NCBI GenBank assembly: GCA_965222225.1
Contig: CBDCTK010000002.1
Coordinates: 4,224,001 to 4,288,000, forward strand
DNA length: 64,000 nucleotides
Source: Candidatus Poribacteria bacterium
GTDB lineage: Bacteria; Poribacteria; WGA-4E; JAJDTR01
Direction of reading: 5' to 3'
Made by a program: the position numbers and the translations under genes. Shown piece after piece: positions 41,179 to 51,646 of this stretch. The notes beneath the pieces are model-generated. The model ran no database searches. It was not told the DNA's origin and saw only the letters and a program-made list of their open reading frames with translations. Position 1 is the first letter of the stretch, and each line of letters opens with the position of its first letter.

Positions 41179-42318
41179 ATGAGTATAACAAATCAGGATG
41201 ACGACGCGATAGCTGCACACGTTCGCGAAGGCGAGAGAAAGGCACGCGAACTTGACAACCGCGGTCCGATCGAATTTGGCTCAGACGGCTTACTGGATAA
41301 CAGAATTCTAGATGCCTACTCGCGTTACGGCTTTTATGTGTTTGAAGATGTCGTGACAGGCGAAGAACTCAACGATTTACAGACTGAGTTAGAACGCATG
41401 CTTGAGCGCGTCCCACACACCAAAGATGCGCTTGTTGACGCGAAAGGACGACCCGCGATTGGAGCCGAATTTTCTCATCGGGTTTTCAACTTTGCGAAGC
41501 CGTTGAGCGATCCCGTCGGCGGAACCTCAAAAAACCAGGGGCGCCACCATGTTAAAATGGAAGAACCCGAACCACCTCCCGACGCCCCGGAATATATACT
41601 GTACACAATCACCGGTCCGCTACAGATTATGGATTCCTGCCTCCGGCTCTACGGCCATTCACAGCTTTTATCCGTAGCAGAACAGATTAATGGGCCAGAT
41701 TTTGCCCCGTTCGGCGAGGCGATGTTCATCAAGCAGCCAGGACTTGGTGCATCAGTTGCCTGGCACCAGGACGGTACGACACACTGGGACAAACCTGACC
41801 TCGACGAGGGAACACACGGTTTCAATTTCATGTTTCAATTCTACGGAAGTTCTGGCGGCAGCGGCGTATGGGTACTCCCCGGATCGCACAAGGGAAGCAG
41901 GCACAATATCAAAGATATGATTCAGGAAAACGATGGTTCCGACCGTCTCCCAGGGGCAGTCCCGCTAGTCTGTGAGGCAGGAGATGTTGTCATGGCAAAC
42001 CGTCAAACGTTGCACTGCTCTTTCGCCAATACTTCACCGGATCGACGCGTAACGTTCAACTTCGGATTTCACCGCCGCGCCTCGGTGCTCAATGTCACGA
42101 CCCACTTCTTCGAAAAGCCGGTGGTCTACGACGAGGAATACATTCACGAAAGAGCACGATTGATTGCCGTGGCTATTGATGCCCGCCAGCAGCGTTTTCC
42201 CCACGAATCGCGATACGTCTACCAGCCTTTTATCGGACAGGAGGACGCCAACCGCTGGAACGAAGCCGCACGGGAAAACATCGTCAAAGACTACCATTTG
42301 AAGGATCTTCGGCTTTGA
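41179..42318 (+). CDS. Phytanoyl-CoA dioxygenase (PhyH) family Fe/2OG oxygenase
   Basis: WHQD, LPGSH, LHCSFANTS..RR. Confidence 0.9.
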   Translation: MSITNQDDDAIAAHVREGERKARELDNRGPIEFGSDGLLDNRILDAYSRYGFYVFEDVVTGEELNDLQTELERMLERVPHTKDALVDAKGRPAIGAEFSHRVFNFAKPLSDPVGGTSKNQGRHHVKMEEPEPPPDAPEYILYTITGPLQIMDSCLRLYGHSQLLSVAEQINGPDFAPFGEAMFIKQPGLGASVAWHQDGTTHWDKPDLDEGTHGFNFMFQFYGSSGGSGVWVLPGSHKGSRHNIKDMIQENDGSDRLPGAVPLVCEAGDVVMANRQTLHCSFANTSPDRRVTFNFGFHRRASVLNVTTHFFEKPVVYDEEYIHERARLIAVAIDARQQRFPHESRYVYQPFIGQEDANRWNEAARENIVKDYHLKDLRL

Positions 42319-42494
42319 CCCTATGCATGTTCCAATAACCTCCGAATTCTTGTGGAATTTTGACAAAATCTGGTAGGTAAGAGCGACATTGAGGGTCACC
42401 GATATTCCACGCGAAGGGTGGAACGGTATGGGTATTGGGTATAGAGTGCGCACTACCCCACTGCTGAATCGCACTGTAAAAAGGGAGCAATACG

Positions 42495-43058
42495 ATGGAA
42501 AAGGTTCTGTTGGTCATTGGCGATGCCGCCGAGGTTACTGATACGCTTTATCCCTACTACCGAATCGCTGAAGACGACTATCAGGTACGGGTTGGAGCAC
42601 CCGAGAAACGAACTTATCACCTTGTGCAGCACGACGCGCATCCGGAGTGGGATATAACGGTGGAGTCGAAGGGATACGAGTTCGCCGCAGACATTGCGTT
42701 CCGGGAGGTCAATCCGGAAACTTACTTGGGACTGGTGATTTCCGGAGGCCGCGCTCCAGAGTACCTCCGCTACGACGAGGACCTGATGGCAATCACTAGT
42801 CACTTCGGCGAAAGCGGCAAACCTATCGCCTCCGTGTGCCACGGCATTGAGATTGTGGCTAAGGCTGGCGTCATCAGAGGCAAAACGGTAACAACCGTTG
42901 CCAAATGCCGTTTTGATGCCGAGGTTTGCGGGGCAACTTATGTGGATGCGCCGGTGGTGGTAGACGGAAATATCGTGACTGCCCGCACCTTTCACGATAA
43001 TGCACACTGGATGCGGGAGTACATGAAGCTTCTGAACGCCGCGCGGGATGCCCGTTAA
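42495..43058 (+). CDS. DJ-1/PfpI family protein
   Basis: GGRAPEYLR, SVCHG nucleophile elbow, VVVDGNIVTAR. Confidence 0.92.
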   Translation: MEKVLLVIGDAAEVTDTLYPYYRIAEDDYQVRVGAPEKRTYHLVQHDAHPEWDITVESKGYEFAADIAFREVNPETYLGLVISGGRAPEYLRYDEDLMAITSHFGESGKPIASVCHGIEIVAKAGVIRGKTVTTVAKCRFDAEVCGATYVDAPVVVDGNIVTARTFHDNAHWMREYMKLLNAARDAR

Positions 43059-43380
43059 ACCTGTAGCAGTCATCTCATAAACAGCCCCATCAGTTCCAGC
43101 TTTGTCTGACCCGTCCTTGAACCTGGGCTTCGAATTGTAGGCTAGTGGCGGAACAGTTTCTACAATCGAACCATTTTCCGCTACGGCTGGGGAAGTTACA
43201 ATCGCCATACCGGCTCTATTGAACTTCAGGTTCACTATCCGGAAACCATGAAAGTAAACCACGGCTTGACCCGTGTCAGCGTTGAGCTCCTATAATCCGC
43301 CACGACCATGAACTTCCCGTCACGAAATGCCTCCTTTGATTGATTGACTGTCACAATCGCATATTACACAGTATTCATTT

Positions 43381-44106
43381 ATGAACCAACCCATTCGCGT
43401 CACAGTCTGGAACGAATACCGACACGAGACGAGTGACGACCACATAGGCAAGATTTATCCAGGCGGAATACACAACGCCATCGGCAATTATCTGAAAAGA
43501 CAACCCGGCTTTGAGGTTCGGACAGCCACGTTAGACGAACCCGAACACGGTCTGACGACGGACGTCTTGGTTGCCACTGATGTGCTCATTTGGTGGGGAC
43601 ACGCGGCCCACACCGAGGTCCAGGATGATGTTGTCAACCGAATCCACGCCCGCGTGCTGGACGGAATGGGCCTCATTTGTCTCCACTCAGCCCACTATTC
43701 CAAAATCTTCATGAAGCTTATGGGCACAACCTGTAGCCTAAAATGGCGAGAGTCGGGCGATAAGGAGCGGCTCTGGGTTGTCGCACCGGGGCACCCGATT
43801 GTTGATGGATTGGATGAATACTTCGAGATAGAACATGCCGAGATGTACGGCGAACCCTTCGATATACCCGATCCGGACACACTGGTATTCATTAGCTGGT
43901 TCTCCGGCGGGGAGGTGTTCCGAAGCGGGTGTTGCTATTATCGCGGCAGGGGGAAGGTGTTCTATTTTCGGCCGGGCCATGAGACTCACCCGATTTACTA
44001 CGACGCCAACGTTTCACGTGTCATCGCTAACGCCGTGCGGTGGACCGCTCCCATAAACGGACCAAAACCTACCTTCGGAAACGTACAATCCCTGGAAGAA
44101 ATCTAA
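43381..44106 (+). CDS. ThuA-like (trehalose utilisation) protein
   Basis: [34 protein letters not shown]. Confidence 0.92.
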   Translation: MNQPIRVTVWNEYRHETSDDHIGKIYPGGIHNAIGNYLKRQPGFEVRTATLDEPEHGLTTDVLVATDVLIWWGHAAHTEVQDDVVNRIHARVLDGMGLICLHSAHYSKIFMKLMGTTCSLKWRESGDKERLWVVAPGHPIVDGLDEYFEIEHAEMYGEPFDIPDPDTLVFISWFSGGEVFRSGCCYYRGRGKVFYFRPGHETHPIYYDANVSRVIANAVRWTAPINGPKPTFGNVQSLEEI

Positions 44107-44272
44107 CTCTTTCAGTATCACAATGTCCCCAAGCGAATCTTCGCATGTCAAACCAAGACGCATCATCCTTCATGTTATGGGCAGGCATCTGTGGGTAAAG
44201 TATTGTCTCCAGCCCGTATGAGTGATATAATGACGCACTCAATTTCCGAAAATCACGTGTAGGGAACACACC

Positions 44273-45175
44273 ATGAAAAACGCGTTCATGCGGTGGTGGG
44301 GATGCGGCGCCTTTGATTTCATCTTGGGCGATGTCAATATTGCCTTCGATCCATACCTCTTCAACGAAAACCTGGAATCCGCCGAGCCGATCTACGATTA
44401 TATTTTCATTTCGCACGAGCACTTCGATCACTGCAATCCCCCGACCCTGCTGAAACTTTGTCAAGGCGACCGATTCAAGAAACTCTTCGTTAGCCCCGGC
44501 TGCGTTTACCCTGTATTGCCAATTGATGAAAACTATGGGGATGCTGCTTTTGAGCGCGATCTGCCAATTACCAAGTATCTGCCGGTAGAGAAAGTTCAAG
44601 TCCTTTATCCCAAATATCTCGACGATAGCCAAGTGAACACCCGAAAGTTCCCGGGGCCATTTGAGGCAGATCTCGGGGCATTAAAGGTCGAGACAATCGA
44701 AAGCGGGGAAAATTCTGACCCGTGTACCCCGACATGTGGATATCTCGTGTCCCACACGGAAAAAAACATCTCCGTGCTGCACACCGGGGACATGCATGTA
44801 CCGTATCCAGCTTTGAAAAACATACAGGGACGCGTCGACTTTCTTATCCACATGAAGCTGGGTTTGACGGAGTGGGAAGGTCCGAATTACACGCAAAATC
44901 TCCTGGACTGTCTCGACCTCATACAACCTCGCTACCTCATCCCCACGCATTACAGGACAGACAGCGCCAGCGATCCAATCCCTCACGGTACCTGGCCCCC
45001 AAATGTCACCGATGTCTTGGCTTTCATTGAGTGGATTCGCGAGACGGTAGGGGACAGAACCAAAGTGCTCCCGTTTACGGCTGGGGTTCAATACGAGGTA
45101 GAAATGCCGGCAAAGAAAATTCTCTGGAAATGGAACTGGTTCAATACATGGACAGTACCACCGTGGCGTGGTTGA
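44273..45175 (+). CDS. MBL-fold metallo-hydrolase (UlaG-like)
   Basis: FDPY, SHEHFDH, HTGD, IPTHY. Confidence 0.85.
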   Translation: MKNAFMRWWGCGAFDFILGDVNIAFDPYLFNENLESAEPIYDYIFISHEHFDHCNPPTLLKLCQGDRFKKLFVSPGCVYPVLPIDENYGDAAFERDLPITKYLPVEKVQVLYPKYLDDSQVNTRKFPGPFEADLGALKVETIESGENSDPCTPTCGYLVSHTEKNISVLHTGDMHVPYPALKNIQGRVDFLIHMKLGLTEWEGPNYTQNLLDCLDLIQPRYLIPTHYRTDSASDPIPHGTWPPNVTDVLAFIEWIRETVGDRTKVLPFTAGVQYEVEMPAKKILWKWNWFNTWTVPPWRG

Positions 45176-45235
45176 CCTAGGTTACCAGTAGCAGACACAC
45201 TCCAATTCCCCTTGCGTAGATTACAGCACGACGAA

Positions 45236-45310
45236 GGGATTTTTATCAGGATCTTCTATCGCCTTGGAATCACTATCGCACTCGTTATTCGCTCTCCTGT
45301 TCGTTCCTAC
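45236..45310 (+). repeat. Degenerate nested micro-element cluster in a REP host
   Basis: Three heads (GGGATTTTTATC, GGATCTTCTATCGC, GGAATCACTATCGC) ending at CCTACTAC. Confidence 0.6.
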
Positions 45311-45325
45311 TACGTTTTAATAACT

Positions 45326-46915
45326 ATGGCGAAACTCAAGGACATCAATACCACCGATATTCGCGACGCAATTCGACTAGGCTGCCGCACGATGTCCAAC
45401 GTGTTCAATGCGGATGACAATGATGTTCCGTTCTTCGGCGCTTACGTGCGTCCCCATCCACCGGCTCTTGTCTGGAGCGACTTGCACGAGGAGGCGCAGA
45501 TTCCCGGCAGGCATCTCAACGCACTACTGGCCGCAGAAAGCATCACCGGTGTGGAGATTGATGAGCAGGTTATTGAAAAGCACGCGCGAGCGGCATTCTT
45601 TGCCTATTCCGGTCCGATGCCATTGCCTCTGAACAGGGAAACAATGGACGGTGTGCCAATCAAGCTGTTTTCACACAACGTCCGCGAAGGCTTCCACGCG
45701 CTGCATGCCCTCGTGCGTTACCGTGATTGCAATCGTGCTAGGGAACTTGCCGAAGGTAGCATCGCCATTATTCTGGAACGTTGGGATCCTGACGATGGCT
45801 GGGAAGGCGATTACCTTGAGGGAAAATTCGGACTAAAGATTTGGGGAACGATTGGCTCAACCTATCGAGATGGGAACATACTTATCGGCTTAGGAAGATC
45901 TGTGGGGCCACTGGTGAAATACTACCGCACAACAGGCTATGGTCCCTCGCTTGAGTTGGCATTGCGGCTGAAAGATAGAATGCTTCAAGATTGCTTCTGG
46001 GAAGAGGGATGCTACGATGCGGAACGGTTCGGACACCATGCGCATTCGATTACATCGTCGATGACTTCGCTGGCGCAATTGGCAGATCTGTTGCAAGATC
46101 CGGCGCTAATGAACCGCGTGAAAACGTTCTACGACAACGGCCTTTGGAGTTTTCGCGACCAGGTCGGCTGGGCAAGTGAGCACGCGGAAGGAGGCGATAG
46201 GCCCGACATGGGGGAGATGAACACCACCGGCGACATCCTGGAAACCGCACTCATTCTAGGAAGCTGGGGTTTTACGCAATACTATGAAGATGCCGAGCGA
46301 ATCCTTCGGTGTCATATCCTTCCATCCCAACTCCGCGACATCTCTTTTTGTGAGGTTGGGGAAAATCCAAATAACGAAGACCGACTGCATGACGTTCCCA
46401 ATCGACTATACGGCGCATTCGGCTTTCCAGCGCCATACGGCCACGCCTCACTAGGCGTCGACGGAATCTGCTTCAATCTGGACGTTGTAGGAGGCACTGT
46501 CGGATCGCTGTGCGCCGCCTATGAATCAATCACGCGTTTTGCTGAAGCCGGACACCGGGTGAACCTGCTATTCGACCACGAAACTGATGCCATAAAGGTT
46601 GAATCTCCCTATACACACGAAGCATTGTATGTTAGACTGAAGCGGAGTGGACCTCTATTTGTACGAATTCCGTCGTGGGTGAAAACAGGAGAGCTAGTCG
46701 TTACGGGAACAGACCAAACGCCAATCCTCAACAATGGTTATGCTTTCTTCCCTCAACCGCCGGTGAATCGCCCTATTGGGATTCGCTTTCCGCTGTCGGA
46801 GCGTGAGATGATCCTAAAGCATACAGCCCGAGATATTCGCGTTCGACTCGGAGGAGACACGGTAGTCGCAATGGAAAATTTTGGGGCAGACCTTACGTTT
46901 TTCGATCCACTTTAA
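45326..46915 (+). CDS. GH127/GH146-like glycoside hydrolase homologue
   Basis: HAHS motif, YYEDAERILRCHI helix, beta-rich C-terminus with LFVRIPSWV; start moved from 45212 because the upstream part is repeat DNA. Confidence 0.65.
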   Translation: MAKLKDINTTDIRDAIRLGCRTMSNVFNADDNDVPFFGAYVRPHPPALVWSDLHEEAQIPGRHLNALLAAESITGVEIDEQVIEKHARAAFFAYSGPMPLPLNRETMDGVPIKLFSHNVREGFHALHALVRYRDCNRARELAEGSIAIILERWDPDDGWEGDYLEGKFGLKIWGTIGSTYRDGNILIGLGRSVGPLVKYYRTTGYGPSLELALRLKDRMLQDCFWEEGCYDAERFGHHAHSITSSMTSLAQLADLLQDPALMNRVKTFYDNGLWSFRDQVGWASEHAEGGDRPDMGEMNTTGDILETALILGSWGFTQYYEDAERILRCHILPSQLRDISFCEVGENPNNEDRLHDVPNRLYGAFGFPAPYGHASLGVDGICFNLDVVGGTVGSLCAAYESITRFAEAGHRVNLLFDHETDAIKVESPYTHEALYVRLKRSGPLFVRIPSWVKTGELVVTGTDQTPILNNGYAFFPQPPVNRPIGIRFPLSEREMILKHTARDIRVRLGGDTVVAMENFGADLTFFDPL

Positions 46916-47225
46916 GCTCGACTTTGTACATTTGAGCGACACAACAAACGGTCTCAATCAAGCGTTGAAGAAAAGCAGGGACATTTTGATTATCTGGCCT
47001 AGATTATCTGGCCTATTTGATTGACCATTGAAAAAGTCCGCCCCGAGCGGTTCTAATTCCTATACAATCTGTGAAATCTCTATCGTCCTCGCTATTCGTT
47101 TGGTTGAACTCGCACTGGGACTTTGGTGTGGTGCGACTCGGTGTTGCTATACACCTGCCGCGCCTCCGGCGCTTTCAAAGGCTGGTGGGCAGTGCCCACC
47201 CTACAAATGTACAAAGTCGAGTTTA
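46913..47225. mobile_element. MITE-like element with 22-bp terminal inverted repeats
   Basis: TAAGCTCGACTTTGTACATTTG (46913-46934) / CAAATGTACAAAGTCGAGTTTA (47204-47225), 21/22; contains a micro-element (47073-47109) and a GTAG-REP hairpin. Confidence 0.7.
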
Positions 47226-47512
47226 GAGCCTGTTTGAATAATGGATGGCAGAATAATTCTGATTAGCTAAATAGCTGGGTTTCACTGGGAGCTCTATCGC
47301 GAGCAAAGGGGATTCCATCTTCGAATTCATGATCGAAGATGGCTCCTACAGAAGACGCACAATAAATTGCGCTACTGCAAACCGAACTTGGTAGATCCTA
47401 TCTGCATGATTCTTAGTTGCAATAACTAAAATCCCAATTCCTTAGCGCCACCACAGCTTAACACACTCACATCGACTATCGAGACCACTAAAACAGTCAC
47501 GGGGGTACACAT

Positions 47513-50020
47513 ATGAATGATTCCTCAAACATAGATGAATTAGCATCGTCAGCGACAGCCGATGAACTTGACAAAGCCCAAAAGTGGACACAGGCAAAAT
47601 TTGGAGGAGTAGCAGAGACGAAACCGGATGAAGGCTACCTGACGGTGAATTTGACTGCGGGCAGGGTTCAAAGGAGCGAAGTCACTACTACCGGATACGG
47701 ACTCTACGCGATTGCCAGCCGGCCGCTTCGAATCGCTGACCGTGACTATGGACGAGGTCTCCATTTTCCGTCCGAAGGGGAGGTAGTGGTTCATCTGCCT
47801 AAACCCGCAAAAACCTTTGAAGCGACCCTGGGAGTGGACAGCAATCGGGTTACCGGTTTCTATTCCAACGCGGGTCGTGGCACTGTGATTGCCAAAGTCG
47901 ATGTCAATGGAAATGAGGTTTTTCGCTCGGACGTGCTACACGAAGGAATAGAGGGGATTCCCGTTACTATCCAACTCAACGGGGCAACCGAGTTCGTTCT
48001 CGGCTTGATCGATGCTGGCAGAGGAACAATCCAAAGAGTTAACTTCAACCAAGTGGATTGGGCGGAAGCACGAGTAAATCTGGATGACGGGGAGACCGTA
48101 TGGTTGGATGATCTACCCACTGCCCCACTACGCGCATCCTATTCAACCGACGCCCCTTTTTCATTCCGCTATGCGGGTCAACCCTCCGGCGATTTTCTTG
48201 ATGGTTGGAAACTTGAGCGTGACAAGAGAGCATTGGATGAAGACCGAACGGAACTTACAACCACATACACCGATCCGTCTACCGGTTTGCAGGTGCGATG
48301 CGTTGCCGAGATGTATTCGGCGTTTCCCGTCGTGGAGTGGACGCTATACTTCAAAAACACCGGCGAGCGGCCGACTCCAATTATTGAGGACATTCAAGCG
48401 ATCGACACGCAATTAGAACGCGGTGGAGACGGCGAGTTTCGACTGCATCACGGCGACGGGAGTCCTCACTCCGGCTTGGCGCCGCAAACTCCCACGCAAT
48501 ACGCTCCGCGGGAAACCGAACTTACTCCCAGAACAGAGAAACATCTTCTGGCAATGGAAGGATTACCGGCTGGCGGCGATCTTCCGTATTTTAATGTGGA
48601 ATGTAACGGTGAGGGCGCCATAATTGCCATAGGTTGGCTTGGACAGTGGGCGGCACAATTCATCCGAGATAATGCATATGGCTTGCGAATACGTGCGGGA
48701 CAGGAGTTAACCCACTTCAAATTGCTGCCCGGCGAAGAGGTGCGCACCCCTCTCATTGCGATGCTGTTTTGGGAAGGCGATTGGATTCGTTCACAGAATC
48801 TATGGCGCCGCTGGATGATTCGCCACAACCTGCCTCGGCCGGGCGGAAAGCTGCCACCGCCGCAACTGGAAGCAAGCGGCTCAGCACAGTATATTGAAAT
48901 GTCTCTGGCAACCGAAGAAAACCAAGTAGAGTTTGTTGATCGATACTTTGAAGAAAAGATTGGAATTGATTACTGGTGGATGGATGCCGGATGGCACATC
49001 TTCCGCGAATACTGGTTAAGCTTGGGAACATGGACACCGGATCCGGAGCGGTTTCCACGCGGTCTTCGTCCCGTCTCAGATCACGTTCGTTCCAAAGGCG
49101 CCAAAGTCATCCTCTGGTTCGTGCCTGAAAGAACGGACCCCGGCGAATGGCTCTACGAAAACCGTCCCGAATGGCTACTGGGAATCAACGGAGGCAGGAA
49201 ACTGCTCAACTTTGGGGACCCCGATGCTTGGGAGTGGGCGCTAAATCACTTCGACACTCTTATAGTTGAACAAGGAGTCGATCTCTTCCGAATGGATGGC
49301 GATTCCACACTCCCCTATTGGCGGGCAAACGACACGGAAGACCGCCAAGGAATCACTGAAATCCGTCATGTGGAGGGAGTTTTGGCATTTTGGGATGAAT
49401 TACGGCGTCGCCACCCCGACATGCTGATGGATATCTGCGCCGGCGGCGGGGCTCGAAACGCGCTTGAAGCACTGCGCCGCGCCGTCCCGTTGTGGCGAAG
49501 CGACTATGCCTACGAAACAACAGGAATGCAGAACCTGACTCGTGCCATGTCTCTGTGGATTCCCTTCTTCGGAACCGGGACGAATGCGTTTGAATCGTAC
49601 ACCTTCCGAAGCCAGATGGCGCCGGCTTTGTGCTGCATCTGGGATTTGCGCCGCAGGGATGTGGACTACACTTTCCAGCGCCGGATGGTGGCGGAATGGC
49701 GTCAAGTAGCGGGCAACTATTACGGAGACTACTATCCGCTCACTACTTACCGCACTGAGGACGATGTCTGGGCGGCTTGGCAGTTCGATCGGCCCGAATC
49801 CGGACAGGGGATGGTACAAGCATTCCGTCGTCAAGATAGCGACATCACACAGATGTGCTTCAAGTTGCGCGGGTTAGACGCCTCGGCACACTACACCGTT
49901 ACGAATATGGACATTGATGGTACAACGAAAATCTCAGGCAAGGATTTGACCGAAAACGGTCTATCAATTACAATTGAGGAACAGCCGGGCGCAGCCCTGA
50001 TAGTCTACAAACGCTTATAG
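47513..50020 (+). CDS. GH36 alpha-galactosidase with N-terminal NPCBM domain
   Basis: NPCBM (RGLHFPSEG..FEATLGVD..VDWAEA), WWMDAGW, FPRGL, LWFVPE, FRMD, DICAGGGAR, WRSD. Confidence 0.88.
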   Translation: MNDSSNIDELASSATADELDKAQKWTQAKFGGVAETKPDEGYLTVNLTAGRVQRSEVTTTGYGLYAIASRPLRIADRDYGRGLHFPSEGEVVVHLPKPAKTFEATLGVDSNRVTGFYSNAGRGTVIAKVDVNGNEVFRSDVLHEGIEGIPVTIQLNGATEFVLGLIDAGRGTIQRVNFNQVDWAEARVNLDDGETVWLDDLPTAPLRASYSTDAPFSFRYAGQPSGDFLDGWKLERDKRALDEDRTELTTTYTDPSTGLQVRCVAEMYSAFPVVEWTLYFKNTGERPTPIIEDIQAIDTQLERGGDGEFRLHHGDGSPHSGLAPQTPTQYAPRETELTPRTEKHLLAMEGLPAGGDLPYFNVECNGEGAIIAIGWLGQWAAQFIRDNAYGLRIRAGQELTHFKLLPGEEVRTPLIAMLFWEGDWIRSQNLWRRWMIRHNLPRPGGKLPPPQLEASGSAQYIEMSLATEENQVEFVDRYFEEKIGIDYWWMDAGWHIFREYWLSLGTWTPDPERFPRGLRPVSDHVRSKGAKVILWFVPERTDPGEWLYENRPEWLLGINGGRKLLNFGDPDAWEWALNHFDTLIVEQGVDLFRMDGDSTLPYWRANDTEDRQGITEIRHVEGVLAFWDELRRRHPDMLMDICAGGGARNALEALRRAVPLWRSDYAYETTGMQNLTRAMSLWIPFFGTGTNAFESYTFRSQMAPALCCIWDLRRRDVDYTFQRRMVAEWRQVAGNYYGDYYPLTTYRTEDDVWAAWQFDRPESGQGMVQAFRRQDSDITQMCFKLRGLDASAHYTVTNMDIDGTTKISGKDLTENGLSITIEEQPGAALIVYKRL

Positions 50021-50141
50021 GGAGATTACTATTCACCACTAAAGACATATGGATGGAACGACATCCCCATCCTTCCGACCTTACATGTGACTTTAGAAGA
50101 TAGGCATACCTATCGTAATTACTTCAGGAGGAGAAATAACC

Positions 50142-51368
50142 ATGCAGGTAAATCCGAAACAGTTGTGGGAGGACGGTTTCATCATTATTCCAGACTGCGT
50201 CCCCCCGAATCGCCTTGATGAGTTACGCAACAGTTTCGAGGTTCTTGTTGAACGCCAGAAAGAGATATGGGCGCGGGAACGCAATCCCGACGACCCACCA
50301 GGCGGTCACTGGGAAACGGGTGCACAGCCGAGGGTCAGCTTCAGTCCACTCATTGACGAGGAAACCGCCAATGCCGTTGAATTCTGTCTGCAAGAGAACA
50401 CGCTAGGCGTTAGTTGTCAAGTGATGCAAGCACCTGAAACAATCCTCAAGTACATTACAATGATGTGCAGCCCATTGCGGGATCATGGTCCTTCAGGGTG
50501 GCATCGTGATATCGAACCCTATCGCGACGGTCCGCTGAGCGGTTTACAAGCGGATATGGCGGCGAACGGTGTGGGTACTGTGCAATGGAACATTGCGCTC
50601 TACGATGACGATGTCCTTTGGATAGTCCCAGGCAGCCACCGACGCCGCAACACCGATGCCGAGAATCGTACACTGCTGGAAAGTTCGCGGGTGCCGCTCC
50701 CCAATAGCATCCCAGTGCAACTCAAGGCAGGCGAAGGTGTGGTCTATTCCAACGCGATTCTCCACTGGGGCAGCAACTACAGCACGAAATTGAGACGGAC
50801 AATCCATCTCGCGTTCCGTGCGTATGGGAGTGACCTGTTTTCATACCGGCCCTATCTCAACTGGACGATTGACTTCAGCAAACATCTGTCTCCGTGGGGA
50901 CGAGGGATTGTTGAGCGGTTCGCCAGTCGTTTCACCGCTGAGTTTGACGTTATCGCGCAGACCTTCCGTGCGGTCATCGACAAAGACGAAACCGCCTTTC
51001 TCGAAGGCCTTGCAATGCTTCACCCCGGCGAAGAGCATCGGATGATCTGTGTCATGTTTCTAACTAAGCTGGCGTACAAAGTCCACTTGCTCAACCAGCC
51101 CGAGGTAGCGACGCTCCCCGATCCTGCACAGGCGGGACAGATTGGATGGCCATGGGAATGTGTCGATGTCCTTCAGAACATCGCTCGCCGCTTCACCATT
51201 GATGAAACTAATCTCCTGTGGCATCGCTTCGCCGATATGGACAATAGACTCAAGTCGGAAGAGGACCAATACGTTCCCGGCTTCCAGACCGGTCCCACGA
51301 AGTACCTGTTCTACGACATGCCTCCGAATTTTGAAGTCGAGGACTTCATCGCCACCTGGGATTCCTAG
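50142..51368 (+). CDS. PhyH-family Fe/2OG dioxygenase
   Basis: WHRD, VPGSH, LHWGSNYS..RRTIH. Confidence 0.88.
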   Translation: MQVNPKQLWEDGFIIIPDCVPPNRLDELRNSFEVLVERQKEIWARERNPDDPPGGHWETGAQPRVSFSPLIDEETANAVEFCLQENTLGVSCQVMQAPETILKYITMMCSPLRDHGPSGWHRDIEPYRDGPLSGLQADMAANGVGTVQWNIALYDDDVLWIVPGSHRRRNTDAENRTLLESSRVPLPNSIPVQLKAGEGVVYSNAILHWGSNYSTKLRRTIHLAFRAYGSDLFSYRPYLNWTIDFSKHLSPWGRGIVERFASRFTAEFDVIAQTFRAVIDKDETAFLEGLAMLHPGEEHRMICVMFLTKLAYKVHLLNQPEVATLPDPAQAGQIGWPWECVDVLQNIARRFTIDETNLLWHRFADMDNRLKSEEDQYVPGFQTGPTKYLFYDMPPNFEVEDFIATWDS

Positions 51369-51646
51369 AAGCGTGTAGTAGGAGCGAGCTCTGCTCGCGA
51401 TTATTGAGGCAAAAACGCTTCTCCTACCGTGGCCACGACATCCTAGGGGGTCGGATGACCTTCACCCTCAAAAAAGAACAACAATGTGCCCGCGCTTACC
51501 AGCCACTGATCACTAGCCAACTAGTCACCGCTTTTCTGTTGATCAATCGTCCGATAACTGCTAGAATACTCTATACTTCGCTCCTCAAGTATCGTCGAAA
51601 GTTAACCGCGACACCGAAGCCTTAACTTAAGGAAGGAGAGGTTAAA

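Noticed and set aside
42360-42490. Possible riboswitch upstream of the DJ-1 gene
   Set aside because: Small hairpins only; no aptamer consensus that I recognise.
42453-43262. 269-aa minus-strand ORF and other long antisense ORFs (e.g. 9967-10566, 31051-31713)
   Set aside because: Shadows of well-supported genes on the opposite strand, with no motifs.
45212-45325. N-terminal extension of the GH127-like ORF
   Set aside because: It is translated micro-element/REP DNA; ATG 45326 is the more plausible start.
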